The position numbers were made by a program, and so were the translations under genes. Positions 30,782-40,212 of a DNA stretch of 64,000 nucleotides are shown here, piece by piece (position 1 is the first letter of the stretch; every line of letters begins with the position of its first letter). The notes under the pieces are model-generated. The model did not search any database and had not been told where the DNA came from. It saw only the letters and a list, made by a program, of their open reading frames with translations. Origin of the DNA: an uncultured bacterium (GTDB lineage: Bacteria > Patescibacteriota > Microgenomatia > UBA1400 > MFAQ01); the NCBI GenBank assembly GCA_963980225.1, contig CAXBYW010000002.1:103582-167581 (forward strand), written 5' to 3'.

Positions 30782-31093
30782 TTAATAGGACTCCACTACA
30801 CTTTTGCTTTCTGTGCACTCGAAACAGAAAAAAACGTAAATCATTCCTACATCACCAAACATATATTCTTGCTTATCTGAATCATTTTCGAATGAGTCAA
30901 TTTGAGCAATAAAGCTCATTTCCTTTTTACATGATGGACAGCTTTCATTATTGTCAGAACCTCCTTGTGTTTGTATCCAATCTGGTTTGCCACCAAGCTT
31001 AGTTTTTTGTCCTAACTTCTTTGAATCTGAGTCGATTGCAGAGTCTTCTGCTTTTTCAAGTGTAACTTTGTACTGTTGAAGTGTTTTAACCAT
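30782..31093 (-). CDS. YwqG/DUF1963-like Zn-finger protein (cassette 4)
   Basis: KLGGKPDWIQ, CPSC, FIAQIDS, FGDVGMIYVFFCFEC. Confidence 0.75.
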   Translation of the reverse strand: MVKTLQQYKVTLEKAEDSAIDSDSKKLGQKTKLGGKPDWIQTQGGSDNNESCPSCKKEMSFIAQIDSFENDSDKQEYMFGDVGMIYVFFCFECTESKSVVESY

Positions 31094-31131
31094 ATGTTAA
31101 ATTATATCAAGTATTAAATAAAAAGTTCGGA

Positions 31132-31237
31132 TTAAACTAGAAAATTAGCATAATTTTGCTTAAAATGCTTTAATTCGATATGTTTCCCGATATATTGAGC
31201 ATGGTAATTAGTCCGAACATCATTGCATAAGGGCCCA
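31132..31237. repeat. His-array arm 4
   Basis: GTAATTAGTCCGAACATCATTGCATAAGGGCCCA at 31204-31237; encodes GPLCNDVRTNYHAQYIGKHIELKHFKQNYANFLV*. Confidence 0.9.
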
Positions 31238-31314
31238 CTTACTTGATATAGTTTGGTATATCAGCATATTCTCTCTATTTATTTTCTGGTTTTCGTTCAG
31301 TGTAGAATATTGGT

Positions 31315-32103
31315 ATGGAAGAGTCTACTCTCGAGCCTTTAACAAAAACTAGATTGACCTCTTTAAGGGGAAAGTGGTCTAAGCCTGATAGGGATAAAGG
31401 ACGCACTTGGGAATTTGATGGCGTGCCTTATTCTCCAGAACATTTCATGAGCTATAACCATGAAATGAGAGAGGGATTGAGTGATTATGACTGTAAAACT
31501 TTTGATGAATTGGTGACTATTTTAGAGAAAAAATTAGGTAGAAAGCCAGATGTTATTGATTTAATGGGAGGGGCGTATTTTTTAAGTGAACCAGGGAATG
31601 TAAATACATTAGTGGCTATAAGAGTGCATGATAAGGACAAGGAGTTTATTGAAGTCGCTAATGAAAAAGATGGTAAGGAGTCTCGTTTGATTAAGAAGGT
31701 TACAGGTGCATCTAATAGGCGTGTTATTGATGCGGATGTGTTGACAACCAAAGGCTGGAAAGATATCGAGAAGGCTGGCTTGCCAAAGGCTGACTTGTTG
31801 GTATGTCGTCCAGTTGGACCGTTTGACGTTAAACATGCTATGGATAGTAGGTGGGATGAACCAGGGGCATATGTAGGATTGTATGCTTCGTTGTTTGGGC
31901 GTATGTTAAGGTTGGTAAATAAAAAAGATGGGGTGATTTTTACTGAAGTTCCAGACATTTATACCGAAAAAGAGGTTAAGAAATTCTTTGTAGGAGTTGA
32001 TGAAAAAGAGGGTTCACAGACTGAGGTGTTCACTGTGCCTGATAAGGATTATCATTGGGGTGGAAGAAAAAGAAGATATGCAGTTATTGAATTTACTAAA
32101 TAG
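31315..32103 (+). CDS. hypothetical protein, possible methyltransferase-like fold (cassette 5)
   Basis: VIDLMGG, IDADV, DLLVCRP patterns; weak. Confidence 0.6.
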   Translation: MEESTLEPLTKTRLTSLRGKWSKPDRDKGRTWEFDGVPYSPEHFMSYNHEMREGLSDYDCKTFDELVTILEKKLGRKPDVIDLMGGAYFLSEPGNVNTLVAIRVHDKDKEFIEVANEKDGKESRLIKKVTGASNRRVIDADVLTTKGWKDIEKAGLPKADLLVCRPVGPFDVKHAMDSRWDEPGAYVGLYASLFGRMLRLVNKKDGVIFTEVPDIYTEKEVKKFFVGVDEKEGSQTEVFTVPDKDYHWGGRKRRYAVIEFTK

Positions 32104-33775
32104 TTAGAAACTGATATTCTGGTTGTCGGTTGAACTGATAAATAAAGATTTTCATCTCGTCTAGCGAATAATCAAATTCAGTCTTTTGGTTGCGGAATGT
32201 GTCCAGTAATCCACCCATTACCGACAAAGTTTTTGAGTTCATGCCTGAGCTGGGCACGACTTGAGAGTTCGGACCGAGCCTCTTTATGTTAGAGAATAAT
32301 TTATCTGGCTTTATGTGTAGTTTTCTGTCTTCATGGATAATATCTGCTCCTACAATAGACAGGAGCGTTCGTTTGGTATCAATGTCCCCTGTTTTCCATA
32401 GAGTTTGAGCGTTACAAGAGAAGTTGAATACGTCAATCAGGTAATCAGTCCATTTGTCATGAGCTTTATCTTCCTTCTTTAGCTGGTTGGCTAGTTTAAC
32501 TTTACCTATTACATACTTCTGCTTAAGCTGCCTGTATTCATCATTAGTTAAGAAACTCCTATCTTCGTTCATGGGAGAAAGCCATTGCTCAGTAAGGTTA
32601 TCTATTGTCTTTGTAATTCGCTCATGTTCTCTTTTAATTGATTCTCTTGTCTTGTCTCGGACTGTCTTATCCTGTTCTTCCATCTTTCTAACCCATTTAG
32701 TTGCAAACTTAACAAAGCTTTTTTTCAGTTTTATTTGACCGAGAAAGTTGGTTACTTGCTCTTCTAATTTGGGAGATGAAATCATGGGTTGACTGCATCC
32801 TTTATTACCATGCTTGGTGCACCTGTAATAGGAATATGTCTTTCCAGACTTTTTAGTGTGTGTTTCTCCCGATAGTTGATAACCGCATTTACATTTAATG
32901 AATCCTGTTAAAGGGAAGTCGTGAGATTTACCTCTGGGTTTAGACTTTATTGCTAACTTTTCTTGCACTAGATTAAACTCATCATCGGTTACCATTACCT
33001 TATGGATACCCTGATGGAGAGTCCTTGAATACAAGAACCGACCAGTATAAAAAGGGTTTCTTAGGATCTTGTACATCTGAGTTCGAGAGACTAGTTTGTC
33101 TCTGGAGTTTCGGATTCCCATTTCTTGTGCTTTCTTGGCTAGGGCATCTGTTGAGAAGTTCCCTGTCATTGCTAGTTCGAAGATTTTTCTGATAAGGTCG
33201 AATGAAATTGGATCAGGTGAAATAGTTTTCTCTCCCTGTGTCATATGTTTATCGTTTACATAGCCTACTGGAGCAAGTACAGGAGCCAAGCCCTTATCCA
33301 CCTTTGCTTGTAGGCCTCTCTTGGTGTCCTCTCTAAGGTCTCTGATGAAGCGTTGAGCCTGACTACCTTCAACCGCCAGGATGAAGTCGCTGTCGTCTGC
33401 TGTGTATGTCTTGGTGGGAGTAACAATCTCTTTGATTGTGCCATCATAGAGGAGTTGTCTAATCATTCCTTCGTCTTGGGGATTTCTGAATAGTCTGTTT
33501 GGCTTCCAACAAACAATACCTTTAATATCTTTTTCGTTTAAGGTATGAACCATGTTGTTAAATTCTGGACGACCAGGTTTTTTTGCTGATTTACTCTCAG
33601 TGAATGTATCTGATATCGTGAGATCTTTTGATTGGATAATATCTTTTAGTGCAGCTAGTTGGCTTTCAACGGAAGCAACCTGTCTATCTTCACTCTCGGT
33701 AGATTTCCTAACGTATATAACGTAATCCTGACTTTGCGCTTTCATCTTCTCTGGCTTATATTTACTTAACTTCAT
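32096..33775 (-). CDS. large serine recombinase (LSR-His)
   Basis: YVRKSTE catalytic Ser, ESKSAKKPGRPEF, NRLFRN, recombinase domain LRNPFYTG, Zn ribbon CKCG...YYRC...C, coiled coil. Confidence 0.95.
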   Translation of the reverse strand: MKLSKYKPEKMKAQSQDYVIYVRKSTESEDRQVASVESQLAALKDIIQSKDLTISDTFTESKSAKKPGRPEFNNMVHTLNEKDIKGIVCWKPNRLFRNPQDEGMIRQLLYDGTIKEIVTPTKTYTADDSDFILAVEGSQAQRFIRDLREDTKRGLQAKVDKGLAPVLAPVGYVNDKHMTQGEKTISPDPISFDLIRKIFELAMTGNFSTDALAKKAQEMGIRNSRDKLVSRTQMYKILRNPFYTGRFLYSRTLHQGIHKVMVTDDEFNLVQEKLAIKSKPRGKSHDFPLTGFIKCKCGYQLSGETHTKKSGKTYSYYRCTKHGNKGCSQPMISSPKLEEQVTNFLGQIKLKKSFVKFATKWVRKMEEQDKTVRDKTRESIKREHERITKTIDNLTEQWLSPMNEDRSFLTNDEYRQLKQKYVIGKVKLANQLKKEDKAHDKWTDYLIDVFNFSCNAQTLWKTGDIDTKRTLLSIVGADIIHEDRKLHIKPDKLFSNIKRLGPNSQVVPSSGMNSKTLSVMGGLLDTFRNQKTEFDYSLDEMKIFIYQFNRQPEYQFLTI

Positions 33776-33939
33776 GATATCTTATTTGGATTAATTGTTG
33801 GTGGTGGAATTTTCTTAAACTCTTTGAATAACAAGATTAATCCATTGGCTTTTTGAGTTGCATCTTCTGTATTTAGGATTTCTCCATATTCCCTGCGGTA
33901 GATTTTGATAAATTCAGTGATAGCATTTTTTGGTAGCAT
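33772..33939 (-). CDS. small protein translationally coupled upstream of the LSR
   Basis: MLPKNAITEFIKIYRREYGEILNTEDA...; stop overlaps the recombinase start. Confidence 0.6.
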   Translation of the reverse strand: MLPKNAITEFIKIYRREYGEILNTEDATQKANGLILLFKEFKKIPPPTINPNKIS

Positions 33940-33940
33940 T

Positions 33941-34690
33941 TTATTTTTTTGTAAATACATCCACTGCATCCTCATAGGTTTTGTAATTCAAGCTTGTTTG
34001 TTCGGGAGAATCTAACTCCTTTTCCTTGTAAATTTCTGTTTCCGAATTGAAATCTAATCTAATTAAGTTGCTTCCTTTGGCCTCTGCTGAATCTCTGTCT
34101 GAATCAATGATGATTGCCACCTTGCTATTGAGATGTGATTGATCAAATTTTTGCAAGGGACGCCAAAAAAGAATTACTTTGTCGAATTGAGAACTGAATC
34201 CTCCACCACCATAAATGTCTTTAGTTGATGGGCGCAACATGATGACAGCTGGCCGATCAAACATCTCTTCTTCTCTGCCAGTAGCAATTAACTCGTTTAA
34301 ACCCTCTGCTTTTTCATTCCATGCAACATTAGAAGGGATGGTGTGCGCAACTACGATTACGGCTGACTCTAGAGTCTTAGTGAGGCTAACCATCTGCTGA
34401 CCGACCTTAGCTGCTGTCTTCCAGTTGCCTTGGTTTTTGAATACTGTAATATTGTCCACAATAATGACCTTGCAACCTTCCTCAGACTGATTTTTAATGC
34501 TCCCTAATACTTTTTCAGCATCTACTAATCCATCAGTCATGAGTTCTCCTGAGTCTGTCCCTGCATAAACCATGTTTTTAATGATCTTGGATCTAAGCTC
34601 TCTAGCAACTTCAAGTTTGTCCCTAGTAACTCCATTCATTTTGGCTAGTTTCCTGGCTATTTGTTTAAGAGTGAGTTCGGTCGAGGTGAT
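33941..34690 (-). pseudogene. C-terminal fragment of a DnaB/RecA-like replicative helicase
   Basis: STE, IIVDNI, VVAH, DIYGGG...DKVILFWR motifs; Walker A missing; fused in frame to pyrH. Confidence 0.6.
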
Positions 34691-35239
34691 TTTTTTAGCC
34701 TGGTCATTTTTTTTGGGATCACTATCGTAAACACCGTCAACAGTACTCGCTTTAAGAATTAAATCACAAGCTAGTTCGCTGGCAAATTGGGCTACTGCAG
34801 AGTCAGTAGAAAAACCAGGCTTACCTAATCCACCCGCCAAGATTACTAGACGGTCTTCATCAAGGTGATGTTTTGCCTTTAGTCTGATATATGGCTCGGC
34901 TAGTTCTGGTATGTGAATCGTGGTCATTAACCTGGTGTCTTTAGCCCCGTTTCTTATAAAAGCCTCCCTTAAGGCAATGCCGTTAATTATTGTAGCCATC
35001 ATTCCCATAGAATCGGCCTCGTTTGAGTCAACGTATTCAGATTTTTCTCTACCACGAAAGATATTACCCCCACCAACCACCATCGCTAGTTGTATGCCTG
35101 TGTTCTTTACGATCTCAATTATTTGTTTGGCTACTGCATCATAACGAGAGAAGCTAATATCATCTTCCTTATTGGAAAATAGTTCTCCGCTAACTTTGAC
35201 AATGTATCTACTTGAATTCCTTTCTGTTTCCGGCATCAA
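34691..35239 (-). CDS. pyrH: UMP kinase, C-terminally truncated and fused
   Basis: VKVSGE, VVGGGNIFRG, ADSMGMMAT, FSTDS, VDGVYDSDPKKN; similarity ends at about residue 183. Confidence 0.85.
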
Positions 35240-35333
35240 GGACAGAGTATATCAAATATGTTTGGGTTTACTACCTAGATATTTTTATATAGCGTGAGTT
35301 TAGTAGTATAAGAGTGTAAAATATACCGAGATT

Positions 35334-35407
35334 GGGTCTGTAGCTCAGCTGGTTAGAGCGTCTGCCTCTTAAGCAGAATGTCGTGGGTTCGAGTCCCACC
35401 AGACCCA
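35334..35407 (+). tRNA. tRNA-Lys(CTT)
   Basis: anticodon arm TCTGC-CTCTTAA-GCAGA. Confidence 0.95.
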
Positions 35408-37140
35408 CACACGCGCCCGTAGCTCAGTGGATTAGAGCATTTCGCTTCGGACGAAAGGGTCGGGGGTTCGAGTCCCTCCGGGCGCACCATATCTACTTTC
35501 TTTCCGATCTTGATCTCTTTTAGACTGAAGATGCCGTCTAAATTAGGTGTTCCAGAAACTAAGTTTTCATAAGTCGGTATTTCTTCGAATAATAGACCGA
35601 AAAGAACCCCTTTTTGTTGTGGATCAGGCTCGTTTCTTATCAATTTATCTGGGTGTTCCATAAAATAAATATAAAGGTTAATAGTTTCTTCGATATCTAC
35701 CTGCTCGTCTTCTCTTTTATCTCTTTGTTGCTTTGCTTGTGCAATATTAAGTTCTATCTTATTGATTTCATCCTCTACTTTTTTCATCATAATCTTACCA
35801 GTTACAATTGGTACTTTGTCTAGCCAAGCTTGCTGTTCTCCTTGAAGTCTAATTACGTTTTTTCCGTAGTCTATTGCTTCCTGTTGAGCTTCTTTTTGTT
35901 TTTTCTTCCATGTGTCTAATACAACACCTTTAAATAATCTTAAAAAATCTTTATCAAATTTAACTGATTCAAGGAATGAATAAATTTGATCGTGAAGTTT
36001 CTGTCTAGGGACACCCCAATATTTATGGTTTCTATCACAATGGTATGTTGGAAACTTTTTGCCTGATTTGCCCTTGGGGCTACTTGCCAATAAAGGTTTG
36101 TTGCATAGTTCACATCTTACGTGATTTTTAAATGGAAATAGAGGGTTGTGTCGACTTCTTACTTGTTCTTTGACATTGAGCTTTACTTCTAAGTGGTTAT
36201 TAGGAAGCTCCAGAATGACGACCTTGCCCCTATTAGCTCTGTTAAAGGTATCAATAGACACCAATCCTTTATATTGGGTTCTAACAGGTTTAGGTTTTGT
36301 CCAAGTCTCGTGAATGACCCCAGCGTATTCAGTTTGCTGTATGAATCTTTGTAGCTGCTTAACCCCTAACGGTTTGCCTATTATTTTTCCTATTGGTGTC
36401 TTTTTGCCAGTAGATGATTCACCCCATCTCACTCTGTCCCTGTTTTTAAAACCTAAACGATTGATTCTTTTAACGATCTGTTTGTCATTTAAGGTTGTAT
36501 TTACCCTTAAGTTAAACATTTTTTTAATCCACTTAACTTCTTCTGGATGAGGAGTGCGAACAACTCTAATACCATCAACCTTAGTTGCTATTTTTTCGTT
36601 TACAAAACCAAAAGGTGCGTTCCTGACTGCATAACCCTTTTGGCGATAACTAATTTCAGCCCCAATCATTCTTGTTAGGATGTCTGACACTTCTCGTTCC
36701 GCTCTGTTGGCTTCCATCAGCTCAGCTTGTTCAGAAGGATTTATGACACTCCATGAGTACTTAAGTCCTAGATGATCAAGAGTATTTATTTCTTCACCAA
36801 TCACCTGATAAGTGTCGATCAATTTAACTCCATATTTTCTAATTTGCTTTTTTAGTTCTTTGTATCCAATAATTCCGTGTCTGCTGAAACGATCTATGCT
36901 CTTGATAATTAAGAAGTCTATATTTGAATGCGACTTAAGGTATTCACAAATGTCGTCTATATAACTCACTCCGACTTTTGTTGAACTGTGTACATATTCA
37001 AATGTTTCTATTATGTTCCAATTCTGCCTCTGAGCAAATCTTTCACATTGTATTTTTTGATCTCCAAGCGTTTCTCCTTGCTGAAATTGTCTGTCTGTTG
37101 AGATCCTAACTAGAATGATGGCGTTTTTCTGGTCATTCAT
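35353..37140 (-). CDS. large serine recombinase (LSR-Arg); C-terminus runs antisense through tRNA-Arg and tRNA-Lys
   Basis: LVRISTDRQ, SIDRFSR, APFGF, Zn ribbon CELC...YHC; tail VRPEGLEPP... is antisense tRNA. Confidence 0.93.
   Translation of the reverse strand: MNDQKNAIILVRISTDRQFQQGETLGDQKIQCERFAQRQNWNIIETFEYVHSSTKVGVSYIDDICEYLKSHSNIDFLIIKSIDRFSRHGIIGYKELKKQIRKYGVKLIDTYQVIGEEINTLDHLGLKYSWSVINPSEQAELMEANRAEREVSDILTRMIGAEISYRQKGYAVRNAPFGFVNEKIATKVDGIRVVRTPHPEEVKWIKKMFNLRVNTTLNDKQIVKRINRLGFKNRDRVRWGESSTGKKTPIGKIIGKPLGVKQLQRFIQQTEYAGVIHETWTKPKPVRTQYKGLVSIDTFNRANRGKVVILELPNNHLEVKLNVKEQVRSRHNPLFPFKNHVRCELCNKPLLASSPKGKSGKKFPTYHCDRNHKYWGVPRQKLHDQIYSFLESVKFDKDFLRLFKGVVLDTWKKKQKEAQQEAIDYGKNVIRLQGEQQAWLDKVPIVTGKIMMKKVEDEINKIELNIAQAKQQRDKREDEQVDIEETINLYIYFMEHPDKLIRNEPDPQQKGVLFGLLFEEIPTYENLVSGTPNLDGIFSLKEIKIGKKVDMVRPEGLEPPTLSSEAKCSNPLSYGRVCGSGGTRTHDILLKRQTL
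35413..35489 (+). tRNA. tRNA-Arg(TCG); anchor of cassette array 2
   Basis: anticodon arm TTTCG-CTTCGGA-CGAAA; ends GGGCGCACCA. Confidence 0.95.
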
Positions 37141-37294
37141 ACCTTAAGTTTATCTTAGTACTGGCGCCAATAGGATGTCTGCTTAATAAAATAACAGCAA
37201 AACTTTGCATCTTATCAATAATCCGCAGTATTTCCTTGTCCTTCATTTTGATAGCCTTGTTTCCTAGTAGTTTTCGGGCTTTTTTAATTGTCAT
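37133..37294 (-). CDS. small protein coupled upstream of the LSR (53 aa, not in ORF track)
   Basis: MTIKKARKLLGNKAIKMKDKEILRIIDKMQSFAVILLSRHPIGASTKINLRYE; overlaps both neighbours. Confidence 0.6.
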   Translation of the reverse strand: MTIKKARKLLGNKAIKMKDKEILRIIDKMQSFAVILLSRHPIGASTKINLRYE

Positions 37295-37617
37295 GGGTAA
37301 GATGTGCCCTTACCATTACCAAACCGCTCTTGACGCTCTCTGTCCGCCTTGTTCCATACGTCTTTTAGTTGTTCTATGTCTTCTCTTACTTGTTTTCTAG
37401 CACTACCAACTACTCTCGATATCTCACCAGTAGTTTTAAGGGAAGATTTATCAATAATCTTATGACTTAACCTCAAGTCGAACAACTCGTCACATAGTTG
37501 ATCTAAGCTGTGAAAATAGCGTCTATTATTCTTGTTTCCTATTTCCAAAACCCAATTAAGTTTTTCAGCATAAATTTTTATTTTTTCTGGTAGTTCTAGT
37601 ATGAGTTTTAGTTTCAT
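37291..37617 (-). CDS. hypothetical protein
   Basis: 108-aa ORF in the recombinase operon. Confidence 0.6.
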   Translation of the reverse strand: MKLKLILELPEKIKIYAEKLNWVLEIGNKNNRRYFHSLDQLCDELFDLRLSHKIIDKSSLKTTGEISRVVGSARKQVREDIEQLKDVWNKADRERQERFGNGKGTSYP

Positions 37618-37753
37618 ATATATAAAAAAACGACTGACAAAGAAAACGATAATGTTTCCTAATTCAGTCGTCTTTCGATCGAATGCTACCCCAATTACTC
37701 TAAAACTTTTATATAGCTTGTTTTACACCTGTCAACAGGAGGGTATCAGCTTA

Positions 37754-38086
37754 TCAGTCTTTTAAAATGTCTTTAATTTCTAATTTAAATTTGTCCCAGT
37801 CACTAAGTTTAGGATTGGTTTTCCATCTAAGGCCTTCAGAAGTTTTTCCACGCGATTTGATTAACGGTTCTCCATCGATTTTTATTTTAGAGAGTGATGA
37901 TAATAGAGAGCCTGTTTTTCTCCCATCTTTTTTTAGGTGTTTTGCAATTTGGAATGAGGTGATAGTAGCCCCGCTATTTATAGCGCTAATGTAATCCATG
38001 ACCTCAAGGTGTTCTAGGCTCATTGTCGATAGCCGTCTCATCACCTTCTCACTTCTTTGTCTATTTGTACTATCCATACTATTCAT
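37754..38086 (-). CDS. putative winged-HTH protein
   Basis: TSFQIAKHLKKDGRKTGSLLSSL helix-turn-helix-like pattern. Confidence 0.55.
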   Translation of the reverse strand: MNSMDSTNRQRSEKVMRRLSTMSLEHLEVMDYISAINSGATITSFQIAKHLKKDGRKTGSLLSSLSKIKIDGEPLIKSRGKTSEGLRWKTNPKLSDWDKFKLEIKDILKD

Positions 38087-38122
38087 TCTATCATAACTAT
38101 CCCTGCTTTGATAGATAGTATC

Positions 38123-38800
38123 TTATTTGTCGGATTTTGTTGGTTTGGAATAACGTTTTTGTATTTTCCAGTGGTAAAAAATAAAAAATACTTTTATATA
38201 TGTAAACATGCTTTTCAAAAATATCATTGAGCTTATTCCCAGGGTTTGCTCAGTTGGTGGAGAAATTAGTTTAGCCATATTCTCCCCTACCGACATTCTC
38301 ATAACAAACAACTTGCCAATAGAGTTTTGAAAATAAATGTTTAGGGGATAGTTTCTTTGCTGATAAAAATATGTAATCAAATCGGTGCTTATTCCTTCTT
38401 TATTTTTCGAACCTACTTCCTTGTATTCTAAATCTAACTTAACTTCATTTCGATCATTGACTCCGAGAATATTTGACTCTTTCAAGGATAAACGTAATCG
38501 CCAGATAACTTTTATGTCAGTGAGTATTAAAAAAAGTGGCTCAAAATTGATTGAATGACATACACCTTTTCCTACATTTTGGAGGATAAATTCTGGACTT
38601 ATGTTGTTAGGTGTCTTTCTATATATAAGTTTTAAAAAAGGCATTTCACTGGCCCTAACTTGCCTTGTCGCATTAAGGAAACTACTCCACGCTATTAATA
38701 AGGCTAACAAAGGCACAAATGGTAAAAAGTTTTTTATTGCTTCTAAGAGAATTGGGTTTTGAACCTGTTGAAGGAAGTTCATTCGTTCCACTCTATACAA
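38123..38800 (-). CDS. hypothetical membrane protein
   Basis: N-terminal TM, P.L.L...LQNVGKG.C pattern. Confidence 0.55.
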   Translation of the reverse strand: MYRVERMNFLQQVQNPILLEAIKNFLPFVPLLALLIAWSSFLNATRQVRASEMPFLKLIYRKTPNNISPEFILQNVGKGVCHSINFEPLFLILTDIKVIWRLRLSLKESNILGVNDRNEVKLDLEYKEVGSKNKEGISTDLITYFYQQRNYPLNIYFQNSIGKLFVMRMSVGENMAKLISPPTEQTLGISSMIFLKSMFTYIKVFFIFYHWKIQKRYSKPTKSDK

Positions 38801-39465
38801 CTTCCATTCCAGCCTGGGGTTTTACATGTTTTAATTTTTATTGGTGTGGGTGTAAAGGTGGGTGCGGGAGATACAAATTTTATTGGGTCTGGGTTGAATG
38901 GTTTATTTATTTCGAAATACCAGTTTATCCACCCAAGACAGTCAGAATAAGTATATTCTCCGATATAGACAGATGTTTCCTTTGAAGGATCATAAACATT
39001 ACATGGGAACGTTGCGGCCTTATAAGAGGATGTGGATGGCGCAATTGCTGGCTGGCTTTGGGTTGATTTTTCTGAAGTTTGATTCATCGTAGTAGAGTTT
39101 CTATCGCGTTCGATGCATTGTAAATCCTCACTTGTTATCCAATAAGATTTATCATTGAATTTATACTCTTGAAGCTCACTTCTCCAAACCTGAGTATCTT
39201 CCCTGTTGCAGTAATCATAATAATCAAGGATATAATCACCGCCTTGGTTGTTTGTGTTGGTTTTTGCTTGGATACTAGTTGGTGTAGGAGTTGTTGCTGC
39301 TAAATCTAAAGGTTTCTTTTGTGATTTACGTTTGTATTGTATATCTTGATTTTTAGCATAAAGAAAACCGACTGATGATAGAGATACGGCAAATATTATT
39401 AGTAAGCATACTTTCATGGAAAAAGGGTGGTGTTTCTTCTGTTTAACTTGATTTTCTCTCTTCAT
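38779..39465 (-). CDS. membrane-anchored or secreted hypothetical protein
   Basis: N-terminal TM, Pro/Thr linkers, Cys pairs. Confidence 0.6.
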   Translation of the reverse strand: MKRENQVKQKKHHPFSMKVCLLIIFAVSLSSVGFLYAKNQDIQYKRKSQKKPLDLAATTPTPTSIQAKTNTNNQGGDYILDYYDYCNREDTQVWRSELQEYKFNDKSYWITSEDLQCIERDRNSTTMNQTSEKSTQSQPAIAPSTSSYKAATFPCNVYDPSKETSVYIGEYTYSDCLGWINWYFEINKPFNPDPIKFVSPAPTFTPTPIKIKTCKTPGWNGSCIEWNE

Positions 39466-39688
39466 TTTAATGGTTGTAACTTTTTCTATAATTTAGACAT
39501 ATCGTACCATTATCTAAAGCTTTTGGTGCGATGTGTCGCACAACTATGGATTGGCGACGTTGGTTTGTGGCTAGAATAGTAATAACCATTTTCTTGACGA
39601 CTTATAGATAAAATATTTATGCGTGAGTTGTTGTAAAATAGGATATTAACACGGCTCTTTATCTGATGTAGTTTCCGTCCGTCTTGTG

Positions 39689-39979
39689 CTACTTATATGT
39701 ACTTTTTCCTCTTGTGCCGAATTTAGCTGGATATATTGTATTGGTATTACCGTCAGGGTAATATATATATCTGTAAGGTGGTTTTTTTACTTTTCTATAG
39801 TCACCATATCGTCCACCCTTTATTTTGCTATGAGAAAATGGTGCTTCAGTGGCTGATTGTTCGCATTTTTCATATACTTTTCTCGCTCTTTCGTCTTTAA
39901 TTTTTGAATAAACTCTTTTGCTTTGTTTTTGGTCTACTAACCATTTGCCTGTTGTGGTGTTATTAGTTGAAGTACTCAT
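39689..39979 (-). CDS. RelE/ParE-family toxin
   Basis: P...KIKG....YRKVKKPPYRYIY...FGTRGKSTY. Confidence 0.75.
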   Translation of the reverse strand: MSTSTNNTTTGKWLVDQKQSKRVYSKIKDERARKVYEKCEQSATEAPFSHSKIKGGRYGDYRKVKKPPYRYIYYPDGNTNTIYPAKFGTRGKSTYK

Positions 39980-40212
39980 ATTGTGACTCTATTCGTACTA
40001 TTCTTAATATGATTCACCTCAGTGTTAAATTCTTTATCTTCTAGGAGTTCGCAGTATTCTTCCCAGTCTTCAATTAAATCCATATAACGATTCCTCACCA
40101 CGAAATTGGATAGTAAATCTTTGAGAAGTAAAAACTTATCTTTTGCTTTTAGTTTTCCCCACAGTCTTTTTACTCTTAGGCTTAGGAGTTGTGTGTTTTT
40201 GGAATTTTTCAT
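39976..40212 (-). CDS. putative antitoxin
   Basis: small ORF overlapping the toxin start; acidic EDWEEYCELLEDKEF. Confidence 0.55.
   Translation of the reverse strand: MKNSKNTQLLSLRVKRLWGKLKAKDKFLLLKDLLSNFVVRNRYMDLIEDWEEYCELLEDKEFNTEVNHIKNSTNRVTI

Larger units (their letters stand above)
27455..34690. mobile_element. tRNA-His island: five single-gene cassettes plus LSR element remnant
   Basis: att-like cores at 27455, 28438, 29932, 30702, 31234 and 32213; serine recombinase; helicase fragment. Confidence 0.8.

Noticed and set aside
28408-31237. 34-bp repeats as a CRISPR array
   Set aside because: Spacers are 0.5-1.5 kb and contain whole genes; the repeats are not palindromic; no cas genes in the window.
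37630-37671. Hairpin plus U-tract just before the recombinase operon, and a similar one before typA (46430-46448), as riboswitches
   Set aside because: Only simple stem-loops; no aptamer consensus recognised; they may be plain terminators or 5' leader hairpins.
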